From an uncultured Chloroflexia bacterium (GTDB taxonomy: Bacteria; Chloroflexota; Limnocylindria; Limnocylindrales; CSP1-4): a DNA stretch of 64,000 bases. Location of the stretch: NCBI GenBank assembly GCA_963768655.1, contig CAVYIM010000004.1, positions 480,001-544,000 of the forward strand. Reading direction: 5' to 3'. A program made the position numbers and the translations under genes. Of this stretch, positions 40,206 to 50,091 are shown piece by piece (the first letter of the stretch is position 1; every line of letters starts with the position of its first letter). Below the pieces are notes generated by a model, which was not told the DNA's origin, did not search any database, and worked only from the letters and a program-made list of their open reading frames with translations.

Positions 40206-41360
40206 CTACGGCGTCTTTGCCGGCTGGCCGATGATGTGGATCTCCAGGCCCGGTACGGCGTCCAGCAATCGATCGGCCAGCGTGGGGCGGCCCAGGCCGA
40301 TGCCGCGGCGGGGTTCGTGGGCCAGGACCACGTGGCTGACGCGATGCTCGGCTATGACCTCAGCCAGCCCGCGGGCCAGGTCGGTGGCTTCGCCCCGCAC
40401 GACCTCGCCGCCCAGGTCCACCGCGTAGTCCACGTTGGCCTGCAGGTTCTGGCGGCGGTCGCGCGATTGCTGGATCGCGGGCGTCTCGATGGCCACGGCG
40501 ATCCAGGTGGCATGCAGCGCGCTGGCCAGAGACGAGGCGCGGCGAAGCGCTCGCCGGCAGGCGGGTGACTCGTCGACCAGGGCCATGACCCGCTCGGTGA
40601 CCGGCGGAATGGCGATGCCCTGGAGCGATACCGCGCCCTCCAGCTCCTGGTCCGCCCGCCCGGCCAGGAACCGCAGCGACAGGTCGCGCAGGGCCATCAG
40701 GTTGGGCTCGGTGAAGAAGCGCTCCAGGGCGATGACGGCTCGTTCCGGCGGATAGACGTTGCCGTGGCGCATGCGCTGGCGGAGCGCGTGCGGGCTCATG
40801 TCCACCAGCTCGATCTCGTCGGCGGCCCGGACCACGTCGTCGGGGATGCGCTCGTGAACCGGCACGCCCAGGATCGTCTCGACCGCGTCGGCGACGGACT
40901 CCACGTGCTGGACGTTGCACGTGCTGACGACCTCGATGCCGGCGTCGCGAATAGCCTCCACGTCCTGCCAGCGCTTCTCTCGAGGGGAACCCGGGACGTT
41001 GGTATGGGCCAGCTCGTCGACCAGGGCGACGGCGGGGTGGCGGGCGATGACCGCGTCGGCGTCCATCTCCTCGATGGCCACGCCGCGGTACTCCACGCGG
41101 CGGCGCGGGACGACCTCCAGGCCATCGAGGAGCGCCGCCGTGTGGCGCCGGCCATACGTCTCGACGAAGCCGACCACCACGTCCGTGCCGCGATCGTGTC
41201 GGCGGTGCGCCTCCTCGAGCATCTTGTAGGTCTTGCCGACACCGGGCGCCATGCCCATGTAGATGCGCAGCCGGGCCCGTTGCGGCTTCTGGTCGACCGC
41301 CAGGCGGGCGAGCATCTGGTCGCCTGTTGGCCGGCCGGGGTCGGCCGAGTCGGTGGTCAT
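40206..41360 (-). CDS. kdpD: Stand-alone KdpD N-terminal domain + USP domain
   Basis: GMAPGVGKTYKML Walker A, DELAHTN, KRWQDV, GNVY..RFF..NL.ALR; USP; no TM or kinase. Confidence 0.92.
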   Translation of the reverse strand: MTTDSADPGRPTGDQMLARLAVDQKPQRARLRIYMGMAPGVGKTYKMLEEAHRRHDRGTDVVVGFVETYGRRHTAALLDGLEVVPRRRVEYRGVAIEEMDADAVIARHPAVALVDELAHTNVPGSPREKRWQDVEAIRDAGIEVVSTCNVQHVESVADAVETILGVPVHERIPDDVVRAADEIELVDMSPHALRQRMRHGNVYPPERAVIALERFFTEPNLMALRDLSLRFLAGRADQELEGAVSLQGIAIPPVTERVMALVDESPACRRALRRASSLASALHATWIAVAIETPAIQQSRDRRQNLQANVDYAVDLGGEVVRGEATDLARGLAEVIAEHRVSHVVLAHEPRRGIGLGRPTLADRLLDAVPGLEIHIIGQPAKTP

Positions 41361-41370
41361 CTCAGGCCTG

Positions 41371-41952
41371 TCATTTCAGCAACCCGTCGAGATCGAGGTT
41401 CAGCTCCAGGACGCGTACGGTCGGCTCGCCGATGAACCCCAGGAACGGTTGCGTGGTGTGGCGAGCCACGACCGCCCGGACCGCATCCTCGGTCATGCCG
41501 CGGGCTTTGGCAACGCGCGGCACCTGGTACTCGGCGGCGGCCGGGCTGATGTCCGGATCCAGGCCGGAGGCCGAGGCGGTCACGAGCTCGATCGGGACCG
41601 GCGCGTCGCCGTTGGCCGCCCGTTCCGCGTCCACGCGCGCGGTGATCTCGGTTATCAGCGCTTGCGACGTGGACGAGAGGTTCGATCCGCCCGAGAGCGT
41701 CGGGTCGTAGCCGTTCGCTCCTGCCGCGGAGGGCCGGCCCCAGAAGTACTGCGGCGCGTCGAAGGCCTGGCCGATCAGGCTCGAGCCGACCGTCGTGCCG
41801 TCGACGACGATCATCGAGCCGTTGGCCTGGCTCGGGAAGACCGCCTGGGCGATTACCGTCACCACGGCCGGATAGATCAGGCCGGTGATGACCGTGAACG
41901 CCAGCAGGATCGACACCGCCGGCCAGAGCTGGGTTCGTACGAAGCTTCGCAT
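41371..41952 (-). CDS. kdpC: Potassium-transporting ATPase subunit C
   Basis: QANGS..GSSLIGQ..YFWGRPS, VTASASGLDPDIS, GEPTVRVLELNL. Confidence 0.96.
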   Translation of the reverse strand: MRSFVRTQLWPAVSILLAFTVITGLIYPAVVTVIAQAVFPSQANGSMIVVDGTTVGSSLIGQAFDAPQYFWGRPSAAGANGYDPTLSGGSNLSSTSQALITEITARVDAERAANGDAPVPIELVTASASGLDPDISPAAAEYQVPRVAKARGMTEDAVRAVVARHTTQPFLGFIGEPTVRVLELNLDLDGLLK

Positions 41953-41961
41953 CGTGGTCTC

Positions 41962-44187
41962 CTACGCCAGGTGCACGGCGGTGATCAGGAGATCGATCGC
42001 CTTGATGCCCAGGAACGGGGCGAAGATGCCGCCGACGCCGTAGATGAGCAGGTTGCGCCGCAACAGCTCCGCAGCCGGGGCCGCCCGGTAGGCGACGCCG
42101 CGGAGAGAGAGCGGCACCAGGGCGACGATGATCAGGGCGTTGAAGATGACTGCCGACAGGATGGCGCTCTGCGGATTCGACAGGCCCATGACGTTGAGGG
42201 AGTTCAGCTCCGGGTAGGCCACGACGAACATGGCCGGCAGGATGGCGAAGTACTTGGCCACGTCGTTGGCGATCGAGAAGGTCGTGATCGCGCCGCGGGT
42301 TATCAGGAGCTGCTTGCCGATGGCGATTACTTCGATCAGCTTGGTCGGGTCCGAGTCGAGATCGACCATGTTGGCCGCTTCCTTGCACGCGGAAGTGCCG
42401 CTGTTCATGGCCAGTCCCACGTCGGCCTGAGCCACCGCCGGGGCGTCGTTGGTGCCGTCGCCGGTCATCGCGACAAGGTGGCCGTCCGCCTGCTCGGCCC
42501 GAATTCGGGCGATCTTGTCCTCCGGCTTGGCCTGGGCCATGAAGTCGTCCACGCCCGCCTCGGCGGCGATCGTCCTGGCGGTCAGCGGGTTGTCGCCGGT
42601 GACCATGACGGTGCGGATCCCCATCCGGCGCAACTCGTCGAAGCGCGCGCGCAAGCCCGGCTTGACGGTGTCCTTCAGCTCGATCACGCCCAGGGGCCGG
42701 CCGTCGCGGCGAATGGCCAGTGGCGTGGCGCCGAGCGAGGAGATCTCGTCGGCGAGCGTGTTCAGCTCCGGCGGCGCCTCTTGGTCCAGGGCCGCCACGA
42801 TGGCGTCGACGGCGCCCTTGAGGACCACGGTGCCGTCGGTCAGGACCACGCCGCTGGTCCGCGACTCCGCGGAGAAGGGGACGACGGTAGCGATATCGGG
42901 CGACTCGGGAGTCGCCGTCCCGGCCGGCGCGGAGGGCGCCGCTTTGGCGCCCGAACCCGTGGCCGCGTCAAGCGCGGAGAGCCGCGCGCTGGCCAGCTCG
43001 ACGACCGATCTTCCTTCCGGAGTCTCGTCCTCTTCCGACGTGAGCAGAGCCGCCTCGAGCGCCTCGCGCTCGGTCGCGCCGGGCAGGGCCACGATCCGCG
43101 ACGCCAGCCGGTTGCCGAAGGTGATCGTGCCGGTCTTGTCGAGCAGGATCACGTCGACGTCCCCCGCCGCCTCGACGGCCCGGCCGCTCATGGCCAGGAC
43201 GTTGAAGCGGGCGACGCGGTCCATGCCGGCGATGCCGATGGCCGAGAGCAGACCGCCGATCGTGGTCGGGATCAGGCAGACGAGCAGGGCCACGAGGACG
43301 ACGATGCCCAGCGGCGCGCCGGCGTACAGCCCGAAGGGTCGAAGTGTGGCGGTCGCCAGCAGGAAGACCAGCGTCAGGCCGGAGAGCAGGATCGACAGGG
43401 CGATCTCGTTCGGGGTCCGCTGCCGCTTCGCGCCCTCGACCAGGGCGATCATGCGATCGAGGAAGGTCTCGCCCGGGTTGGCGGTGATGCTGATGGTCAG
43501 CGTGTCGCTGGTGACGGTGGTGCCACCGGTGACGCTGCTGCGGATGTCCGTGCCCGGCTCCTTGAGAACGGGCGCGGACTCGCCGGTAATCACCGCCTCG
43601 TTGACGTAGGCCACGCCCTCGATCACGTCGCCGTCGCCGGGGATCGTCTCGCCCTCGCGCACGACGACGATGTCGCCGCACCGCAAAGCCGATGAGCCGA
43701 CGTCCTCGAACGTGCCGTCGTCGCAGCGGCGGTGAGCCATCGTCTCGGAGCGGGTCTTGCGCAGGGTCGCCGCCTGGGCCTTGCCGCGGGCCTCGGCCAG
43801 GGCCTCGGCGTACGTGGCGAAGTAGACGGTGAACCACAGCCAGACCGCGATCTGGAGCTCGAAGCCCGTGCCCCGGCCCACTTCGCCGGGCGCCGCCTTG
43901 CTCAAGCCGACGAAGTCGGAGATGAGGATCACCGTCACGAGCGCGGCAGTCACTTCGACCACGAACATGACCGGGTTCTTCGCCAGCTCGCGCGGGTTCA
44001 TCTTGCGAACCGCCGGGCCGAGTGCGCCGCGGAGAAGCTTCGGGTCGAAGATGCCCCGGTTGTGGGGGCTGCCCGCGGCCTGCGCCTGGCGGGCTTCGCG
44101 AGCCAGGCGGCGGGTGCCGCGGGCGGTGTCGATCACGGAGAGCGAGAAGAGCTTGCGGCGGAGGCCGCCCGCGGCTTCGAACGCCAT
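41962..44187 (-). CDS. kdpB: Potassium-transporting ATPase subunit B
   Basis: [46 protein letters not shown]. Confidence 0.97.
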   Translation of the reverse strand: MAFEAAGGLRRKLFSLSVIDTARGTRRLAREARQAQAAGSPHNRGIFDPKLLRGALGPAVRKMNPRELAKNPVMFVVEVTAALVTVILISDFVGLSKAAPGEVGRGTGFELQIAVWLWFTVYFATYAEALAEARGKAQAATLRKTRSETMAHRRCDDGTFEDVGSSALRCGDIVVVREGETIPGDGDVIEGVAYVNEAVITGESAPVLKEPGTDIRSSVTGGTTVTSDTLTISITANPGETFLDRMIALVEGAKRQRTPNEIALSILLSGLTLVFLLATATLRPFGLYAGAPLGIVVLVALLVCLIPTTIGGLLSAIGIAGMDRVARFNVLAMSGRAVEAAGDVDVILLDKTGTITFGNRLASRIVALPGATEREALEAALLTSEEDETPEGRSVVELASARLSALDAATGSGAKAAPSAPAGTATPESPDIATVVPFSAESRTSGVVLTDGTVVLKGAVDAIVAALDQEAPPELNTLADEISSLGATPLAIRRDGRPLGVIELKDTVKPGLRARFDELRRMGIRTVMVTGDNPLTARTIAAEAGVDDFMAQAKPEDKIARIRAEQADGHLVAMTGDGTNDAPAVAQADVGLAMNSGTSACKEAANMVDLDSDPTKLIEVIAIGKQLLITRGAITTFSIANDVAKYFAILPAMFVVAYPELNSLNVMGLSNPQSAILSAVIFNALIIVALVPLSLRGVAYRAAPAAELLRRNLLIYGVGGIFAPFLGIKAIDLLITAVHLA

Positions 44188-45917
44188 CAGAACAGCCTCC
44201 CGGCGTTGTTGAGGAGCTGGTCGACGATCGGGCCGAGGGCGAGCGCAGGGAAGAAGGTCAGCGCACCGACGATGATGATCACGCCAAGCAGCAGCCCGAC
44301 CCATATCGGTCCCGTCGTTGGGAAGGTGCCGAGCGACGGCGCGACGCGGCGCTTACCGGCCATGGAGCCGGCGATGGCCAGGATCGGCACCATCATCGCG
44401 TAGCGGCCCAGCATCATGGCGAATGCGCCGGTTACGTTGTAGAAGAGGGTGTTGCCCGACAGGCCGGCGAACGCGGAGCCGTTGTTGCCGGTCTGGCTCG
44501 AGAACGCATACAGGATCTCGCTGAAGCCGTGGGGGCCGCCGTTGAGCGGCCCGGCTTTGCCCGCCGCCGTGGCGGTTGCCACCGCTGTGAAGAAGAGGAT
44601 GCTGAAGGCCAGGAAGAGGACCACCAACATGGCCATCTTCATCTCGTAGGCCTCGATCTTCTTGCCGAGGAACTCCGGCGTCCGGCCGACCATCAGCCCG
44701 GCAATGAAGACGGCGATGATGGCGAACGTGAGGATCCCGTAGAGGCCGGCGCCGATGCCGCCCGGAGTGATCTCGCCGAGCTCGATGTTGAACAGCGGGA
44801 CCAGGCCACCGATCGGCAGGAAGCTGTCGTGCATGGCGTTCACCGCCCCGGTGCTCGTGCCGGTCGTGACCGTCGCGAACAGGCCGCTGGCGTCGGCCCC
44901 GAAGCGAGTCTCCTTGCCCTCCATGTTCCCGGCCGACTGATTGACTTCCTGGGCGACCGCCGCCGGAATCGAGGGGTTCGAGCGTTCCTCGCTCGACATC
45001 GCCACCAGCGAGCCTGCCGAGAGCACGATCAGCATTACCGCCAGGAGGGCCCAGCCCTGCCGGGCGTTGCCGGCCATGCGTCCGAACGTATTCGTGAGCG
45101 CGAATGGGATGATGAGGATCAGCAACATCTCGACCCAGTCCGAGAGCGTCGTGGGGTTCTCGAACGGATGGGCGGAGTTGGCGTTGAAGAAGCCGCCGCC
45201 GTTGTTGCCCAGCTCCTTGATGGCTTCCTGAGACGCGACCGGGCCGAGCGGGATCGTCTGCACGGCGCCCTGCAGCGTGTGGACGCTGATGGAGCCGGCG
45301 AAGGTCTGGATCACGCCCTGCGAGACGAGGAACAGCGCGGCAACGAATGAGATCGGCAGCAGGATGTAGAGAGTGCTGCGGGTGAGGTCGACCCAGAAGT
45401 TGCCGATCGTGGTGGCCGACCGCCGGACCAGGCCACGGGTCAGCGCGATCGCGACGGCGATGCCCGAGGCGGCCGAGGTGAAGTTGCGGACGGCGAGCCC
45501 GGCCATCTGGGTCAGGTACGTCATCGTCTGCTCGCCCGAGTAGTTCTGCCAGTTCGTGTTGGTGTCGAAGCTGACGGAGGTGTTGTAGGCGAGGTCAGGA
45601 GCCACGGGGCCGACCGGGACGCCACCCTGGCTCAGCGGCAGCGACGCCTGGAAGCGCTGCTGCAGGTAGAGGGCCAGGATGCAGATGAAGGAGAAGAGGA
45701 TCACCGACACCGCGTACGCGGTCCAGCGCTGCTCGACCTTCTCGTCGACGCGGAGGACCTTGTAGACGCCGCGCTCGACAGGACGAATGACCGGCGAGAG
45801 GAATACCCGTTCGCCCTCCATCACCTTGCGGATGTAGCCGCCGAGCGGGCGCGCCAGAAGGATGGCGACGGCGAAGAGGCTGACGGCCTGGAGCAGGCCC
45901 GCCGGCGAAGGGATCAT
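44187..45917 (-). CDS. kdpA: Potassium-transporting ATPase subunit A
   Basis: [51 protein letters not shown]. Confidence 0.97.
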   Translation of the reverse strand: MIPSPAGLLQAVSLFAVAILLARPLGGYIRKVMEGERVFLSPVIRPVERGVYKVLRVDEKVEQRWTAYAVSVILFSFICILALYLQQRFQASLPLSQGGVPVGPVAPDLAYNTSVSFDTNTNWQNYSGEQTMTYLTQMAGLAVRNFTSAASGIAVAIALTRGLVRRSATTIGNFWVDLTRSTLYILLPISFVAALFLVSQGVIQTFAGSISVHTLQGAVQTIPLGPVASQEAIKELGNNGGGFFNANSAHPFENPTTLSDWVEMLLILIIPFALTNTFGRMAGNARQGWALLAVMLIVLSAGSLVAMSSEERSNPSIPAAVAQEVNQSAGNMEGKETRFGADASGLFATVTTGTSTGAVNAMHDSFLPIGGLVPLFNIELGEITPGGIGAGLYGILTFAIIAVFIAGLMVGRTPEFLGKKIEAYEMKMAMLVVLFLAFSILFFTAVATATAAGKAGPLNGGPHGFSEILYAFSSQTGNNGSAFAGLSGNTLFYNVTGAFAMMLGRYAMMVPILAIAGSMAGKRRVAPSLGTFPTTGPIWVGLLLGVIIIVGALTFFPALALGPIVDQLLNNAGRLF

Positions 45918-46006
45918 CAGAACCTCTCCGCGCGGAGGAGGGTGAACAGCAGGTAGATACCCAACAAGAGGACGACTACGCCGCCCAGAACGTCCTGTCC
46001 GTTCAT
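45917..46006 (-). CDS. kdpF: Potassium-transporting ATPase subunit F (29 aa)
   Basis: MNGQDVLGGVVVLLLGIYLLFTLLRAERF*; TGATG overlap with kdpA. Confidence 0.9.
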   Translation of the reverse strand: MNGQDVLGGVVVLLLGIYLLFTLLRAERF

Positions 46007-46095
46007 CGGGCCAGCCGATCGCACAGCCAGATCAGGCCCAGGAAGAACAGCAGGCAGGCTGTCATCAGGGCGACCATCGCGAGGTCAAAAGCCAT
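46003..46095 (-). CDS. 30-aa hydrophobic peptide upstream of kdpF
   Basis: MAFDLAMVALMTACLLFFLGLIWLCDRLAR*; RBS GGAGGA; ATGA overlap with kdpF. Confidence 0.75.
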   Translation of the reverse strand: MAFDLAMVALMTACLLFFLGLIWLCDRLAR

Positions 46096-46501
46096 CGAAT
46101 CCTCCCTGGGATTCGACGTCTTCGCCGCTGCCGTCCCCGCCGCGGTGGCGCTCCACGATTTCGATGAGCGTCGGGACGGCGAACGGCTTGGGCAGGAAAC
46201 CGGCCACGCCGAACTCGCGCAGCCGGGCCGGCGGCACCGACGTGGCGCTGACCACGTACACGGGGGGCGACCCGGCGGCCCGCAGGCCGCCGCCGCGGAG
46301 CAGGTCCCAGCCCGATGCGCCGGGCAGGTTGATGTCGAGCAGCACGACCGTCGGACGGAAGCCGGAGCGGACCAGATCGACGGCCTCCTCAGCCGAGGCG
46401 ACCGCTCGGGCGTCGTGCCCACGGGCCCGCAGGTGCCGGACGACGATGCCGGCCAGGCCGCTGTCGTCCTCTACGAAGAGGACCCGCGCCGAATCAGTCA
46501 T
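46085..46501 (-). CDS. Single-domain response regulator
   Basis: VLFVEDD, VLLDINLPG, VVSA, FLPKPF. Confidence 0.88.
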   Translation of the reverse strand: MTDSARVLFVEDDSGLAGIVVRHLRARGHDARAVASAEEAVDLVRSGFRPTVVLLDINLPGASGWDLLRGGGLRAAGSPPVYVVSATSVPPARLREFGVAGFLPKPFAVPTLIEIVERHRGGDGSGEDVESQGGFDGF

Positions 46502-46793
46502 CTGTCGTGGCCGCGGCGTCCCTGGCGGGGCTATCGGCGGCTCGGCTCGTCGCGCTGACGCGGAGGTCGCCGCTGTCCTCCTCCGGCCAGAACGAGGCCT
46601 CGAGCGTGACGCCCTGCCGCGTGGCCGCATTCCTCAGACTCTGGGCCAGCTGCCGGCCGAAGCGCAGGCCGGTGAGTGTGACGCTGGTCGCCACGCCCGA
46701 GTGCACGAGAGCGATCGAAGCCCGGACGTCGGCGACCTCGCTCGCGAGTCGCTCCGTCGCTGGATCGAGCGTGGTCGCCCTGGTCGTGTCCAT
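46494..46793 (-). CDS. Hypothetical protein leading the kdp operon
   Basis: Overlaps the REC gene start; plausible codon usage. Confidence 0.65.
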   Translation of the reverse strand: MDTTRATTLDPATERLASEVADVRASIALVHSGVATSVTLTGLRFGRQLAQSLRNAATRQGVTLEASFWPEEDSGDLRVSATSRAADSPARDAAATTDD

Positions 46794-46849
46794 GGCCCCA
46801 GCATCGATCCGGGGGCCAAGAGGCCGGGGGGCCTCGGGAGCCGGAATCG

Positions 46850-46866
46850 CTAAACACGGTCTAAAC
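46850..46866 (-). promoter_or_regulatory. Putative KdpE binding site
   Basis: GTTTAG-ACCGT-GTTTAG direct repeat, 11-bp period, 57-73 nt upstream of the first operon ATG. Confidence 0.6.
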
Positions 46867-46936
46867 GACCTGGCCGGGGCTCCTGGTGAGCTGCGTCAGC
46901 CGGAGTCGCGGACAGCGGCGTTGCCGCCGATGCCCA

Positions 46937-48421
46937 TCAGTCGCAGACCGTGCCCACCTGGGTGGCGAGATTCTGCGCCTGCCGCGCGCGGCGAGCGGCG
47001 ACCTCCCGTGTCCCGGGAAGGAATAGCGCGGGAATGATGGCGAGGGCGGTGAGGCCGATTGACCACCAGAATGCGTTGTCGAATGCGGAGGCGCGGCCGA
47101 CAAGACCGCCGGCGGCTTGCGCGGCGAGCTGCGTCTGGAGGATCAGGGCGAAGACAGCCGCGCCAAAGGCGCCGCCAAGTTGCATCGTGATCCGAGTGGC
47201 GATACTGGCGTGAGCCACCTGGTCGGACCGCAAGCCTAGGTAGGCCGCAGCCATGATGGGGATGGTTACCGCTCCGAGGCCGGCGCCACGGACGACCAGA
47301 GAAGCGCCGAGAAGAAGCTCATTGCTGTTCACGCCGGCCTGCGTGTAGGCGAGCGTGCCAGCCACCGTGAGCAGAAAGCCACCGAGCACGATGGGTCGGG
47401 CGCCGATGCGGTCCGTTAGCCGGCCCGCATAGCCTCGGGTCAAGAGCATGCCCAAGCCCTGCGGGGCAAGCAGCAGACCGGCGGCGAGTGCGCTCTGCCC
47501 GCGCACCTGCTGCTCGTAAAGGGGCAGCAGCAGCATAGCCCCGTACACCGAGACACCCGAGAGAAACAGCAGGACGTTTGAGGCCGTGAAGGAACGCACC
47601 GCGAATAGCCGCAGGTCGAGGAGCGGCGGTCGCTTGGTGAGCAGCGCATGGAAGACAAAGCCACCGAGAAGCACGGCGCCGATAGCGACAGGCAGCAAGA
47701 CTGCAGAGTTGTCGAACCCACCATCACTGCCGGCCTGGGAGAGCCCGTAGATCATGGCGGCGAGACCGGGCGACAGCAAGGCCAAGCCAACCACGTCGAG
47801 GTACGAACTCCTCTGGGGCGCAGTTGGCGCCACGCCACGCCACGCCAGCACCAGGCCAGCCACGCAGAACGGGATGTTGACCCAGAAGATCCAGCGCCAC
47901 GGGAGCTGGCTCAGGATCAGGCCACCCAGGACCGGACCGAGGATCGGCCCCAGCAGCCCCGGAAGGCTGACCAGGGACATCATCCGCCCGAGGTTGCGCT
48001 CGCCTGCGGCATTGACCAGGAGGGTCAGCAGGACGGGCAGCATCAGGCCACCGCCGATGCCCTGCAGAACCCGGAAAGCGATGAGGACCTCGATGTTCCA
48101 GGCCAGGCTCGAGAGTATCGACCCGACCGTGAAGAGGGCGAGAGCGCCCATCCAGGTCTGCTTGGCGCCGAATCGATCCATCGCCCAGCCGCTGACCGGG
48201 ACCACCATCGCGAGTGCCAGCACGTAGGCGCTGATGACCCACTGGGTCGTTGACACCGACGCGCTCAACTCTCGCGACAGCGTATCGATGGCCACGTTGA
48301 CGATCGTCGTGTCGAACATGACCGCCATCGCCCCGGTGATCAGGATTACCGCAAGCTTCAGGAACGCCGGATCGAGCCCCTCGTTCTCTGCTGGCTCCTT
48401 CACGTGAGCGTTAGGCGTCAC
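46937..48421 (-). CDS. DHA2 family MFS efflux transporter
   Basis: DTTIVNVA, WVISAY, GWAMDRFG, RVLQGIGGG, GPILGPVLGG, WRWIFWVN. Confidence 0.93.
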   Translation of the reverse strand: MTPNAHVKEPAENEGLDPAFLKLAVILITGAMAVMFDTTIVNVAIDTLSRELSASVSTTQWVISAYVLALAMVVPVSGWAMDRFGAKQTWMGALALFTVGSILSSLAWNIEVLIAFRVLQGIGGGLMLPVLLTLLVNAAGERNLGRMMSLVSLPGLLGPILGPVLGGLILSQLPWRWIFWVNIPFCVAGLVLAWRGVAPTAPQRSSYLDVVGLALLSPGLAAMIYGLSQAGSDGGFDNSAVLLPVAIGAVLLGGFVFHALLTKRPPLLDLRLFAVRSFTASNVLLFLSGVSVYGAMLLLPLYEQQVRGQSALAAGLLLAPQGLGMLLTRGYAGRLTDRIGARPIVLGGFLLTVAGTLAYTQAGVNSNELLLGASLVVRGAGLGAVTIPIMAAAYLGLRSDQVAHASIATRITMQLGGAFGAAVFALILQTQLAAQAAGGLVGRASAFDNAFWWSIGLTALAIIPALFLPGTREVAARRARQAQNLATQVGTVCD

Positions 48422-48448
48422 GATGGGGTCCTTTCGTGGATGGTATTT

Positions 48449-48520
48449 ACTTGCCGCCCGGTAAGTGGCAGGATTGATGCGGCGGAAGATACGCGCTAGC
48501 TAACCTGCCGTCAAGTAAGT
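48449..48520. promoter_or_regulatory. Two TetR operator-like palindromes
   Basis: ACTTGCCG-CC-CGGTAAGT (48449-48466) and ACCTGCCG-TC-AAGTAAGT (48503-48520) between divergent MFS/TetR. Confidence 0.7.
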
Positions 48521-48553
48521 TATCCACCCGAGCGGTTCGGAGGATCGGACCAG

Positions 48554-49147
48554 GTGAGTCCCCGCCAAGCAGATACGCGCAAGCGCGCACTGGATGTCGC
48601 CCTCGAGCTCTTCGCCGAGCAGGGCTACGAGAAGACGTCGCTGCGGGAGATCGCCGAGCGACTCGACGTCACGAAGGCCGCGCTCTACTACCACTTCGCG
48701 TCCAAAGAGGCGCTCCTGGCCGGGATCGTAGACAGCCTGGTCGAGCCTGCAGACGAGCTCGTGGCCTGGAGCCAGACGCAGCCGCGCACGACCGAATTCC
48801 GCCAGGAATACTTGCGTCGGCTGGCTCAGCTACTCCAGGGCCAGTGGAGCCGCTGGATCAGCTTCGTGCAGCAGAACCAGCCGGCCCTGCGCGATCACGG
48901 CGAGGCCGGGCAGAAGATGCAGAGCCGCTTGCTCCTGCTCTGCGCTCCCATCATCGAACCCGACGCCGCTCTCCAGGATCAGCTGCGCTCGCTCCTCGGC
49001 CTGCTCGCTGTCTACCTCGGGAATCTCGCTCCCGCTTCGGCGCTGCTCCGATCACTTGGCTTCGAAGCTACGCCCGAGGAGCTGACCGCAGCTGCCATGG
49101 ACGTCGCACTCGAGCTCGTGGGCGAGCGAACTTCCCGACGGTCCTGA
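48554..49147 (+). CDS. TetR/AcrR family regulator
   Basis: ALELFAEQGYEKTSLREIAERLDVTKAALYYHFASKE. Confidence 0.95.
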   Translation: MSPRQADTRKRALDVALELFAEQGYEKTSLREIAERLDVTKAALYYHFASKEALLAGIVDSLVEPADELVAWSQTQPRTTEFRQEYLRRLAQLLQGQWSRWISFVQQNQPALRDHGEAGQKMQSRLLLLCAPIIEPDAALQDQLRSLLGLLAVYLGNLAPASALLRSLGFEATPEELTAAAMDVALELVGERTSRRS

Positions 49148-49303
49148 CGGCAGCGCGGCGGGCGTCCTTCCGTGTCGGCCCTCCATGGGGACCAGTCGTC
49201 GCTCCAGTCGGTGCGGGACCGCGACGGGTAGGCTGAACCTACCTGCTCCCCGTTCGGCGCCATCTGGTACCCGCGTCTGGTTCAGCGAATGAAGCCGACT
49301 GGG

Positions 49304-49330
49304 TGCAACTTTCGACCGGCGTCAGACGTA
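49304..49330 (+). promoter_or_regulatory. ECF-type promoter
   Basis: TGCAAC-N17-CGTA upstream of the 49353 gene. Confidence 0.55.
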
Positions 49331-49352
49331 CAGTTGGTGGGCGGCAAGCCCC

Positions 49353-49955
49353 TTGGATGCGGACAGAGCACCTGCCCCGAGCGACGCGGAAAGCATCCAT
49401 GCCGCCGACCGGCGGCGCCATGGATGGCCTCTCGGCCGGCTCGCTCTGACTGTGGGCGACCGCGGCGTGGCAAAGCTGGCGATTTTACTGGGGGCACTCG
49501 CGGTGGCGGCCGTTCTGCTCGGTGCCGTCGTGGTGATCCAGGGGGTCGGCAGGCAACCGGGCTCCCCGCCGGGAGCGGCGCCGTCACCCCAGGCGTCGGC
49601 AACAGCCACGCCGTCACCTCTGCCCAGCGGTGGGATTTCACAGACGATCGCAATTGCCCTTGCCCGTGGCAACGCCGGCATGATGGTCCAAGGGTTCGTC
49701 AGCGCCGTCGCCGGTCCATTCTCGGAACTCAACGAAGGCATCGGACCAGGCGCGGACATGGCCCCAACCCGGCTCGTTTGGGCCGTCACGCTCTCGGGAT
49801 ACGCCCAGCCCTGCCCGCCCAACGGAGCTACGTGTGAGCCGCCGAGGGTCGGCACCGTCACCTACTACTTCGACTACTTCACCGGCGCCTTCCTTGCCAG
49901 CTCCGGCTCATTCCCTGCGCCGCAGGCGACCGTCGCCATCACGGCGCGAGATTAG
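49353..49955 (+). CDS. Hypothetical membrane-anchored extracytoplasmic protein
   Basis: TM, Pro/Thr linker, LVWAVTLSG..CPP..C..YFDYFTGAFL; start uncertain. Confidence 0.7.
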   Translation: MDADRAPAPSDAESIHAADRRRHGWPLGRLALTVGDRGVAKLAILLGALAVAAVLLGAVVVIQGVGRQPGSPPGAAPSPQASATATPSPLPSGGISQTIAIALARGNAGMMVQGFVSAVAGPFSELNEGIGPGADMAPTRLVWAVTLSGYAQPCPPNGATCEPPRVGTVTYYFDYFTGAFLASSGSFPAPQATVAITARD

Positions 49956-49971
49956 TCGGGGCGAGAGGATT
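49955..49971 (-). repeat. att-like core resembling tRNA-Pro 3' end
   Basis: Reverse complement AATCCTCTCGCCCCGAC; identical 15-mer at 62870. Confidence 0.75.
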
Positions 49972-50091
49972 GAGGCCGAGATAACAAGCTAACCGTCGTA
50001 TGTCACGCGACCACGCTCTATCACGCCGGCCGGAGCTGATGGCAGAGCCCGCAGTCGCCCGACCGAGGCAGTCGGGTTCAAGCACCGCCCA

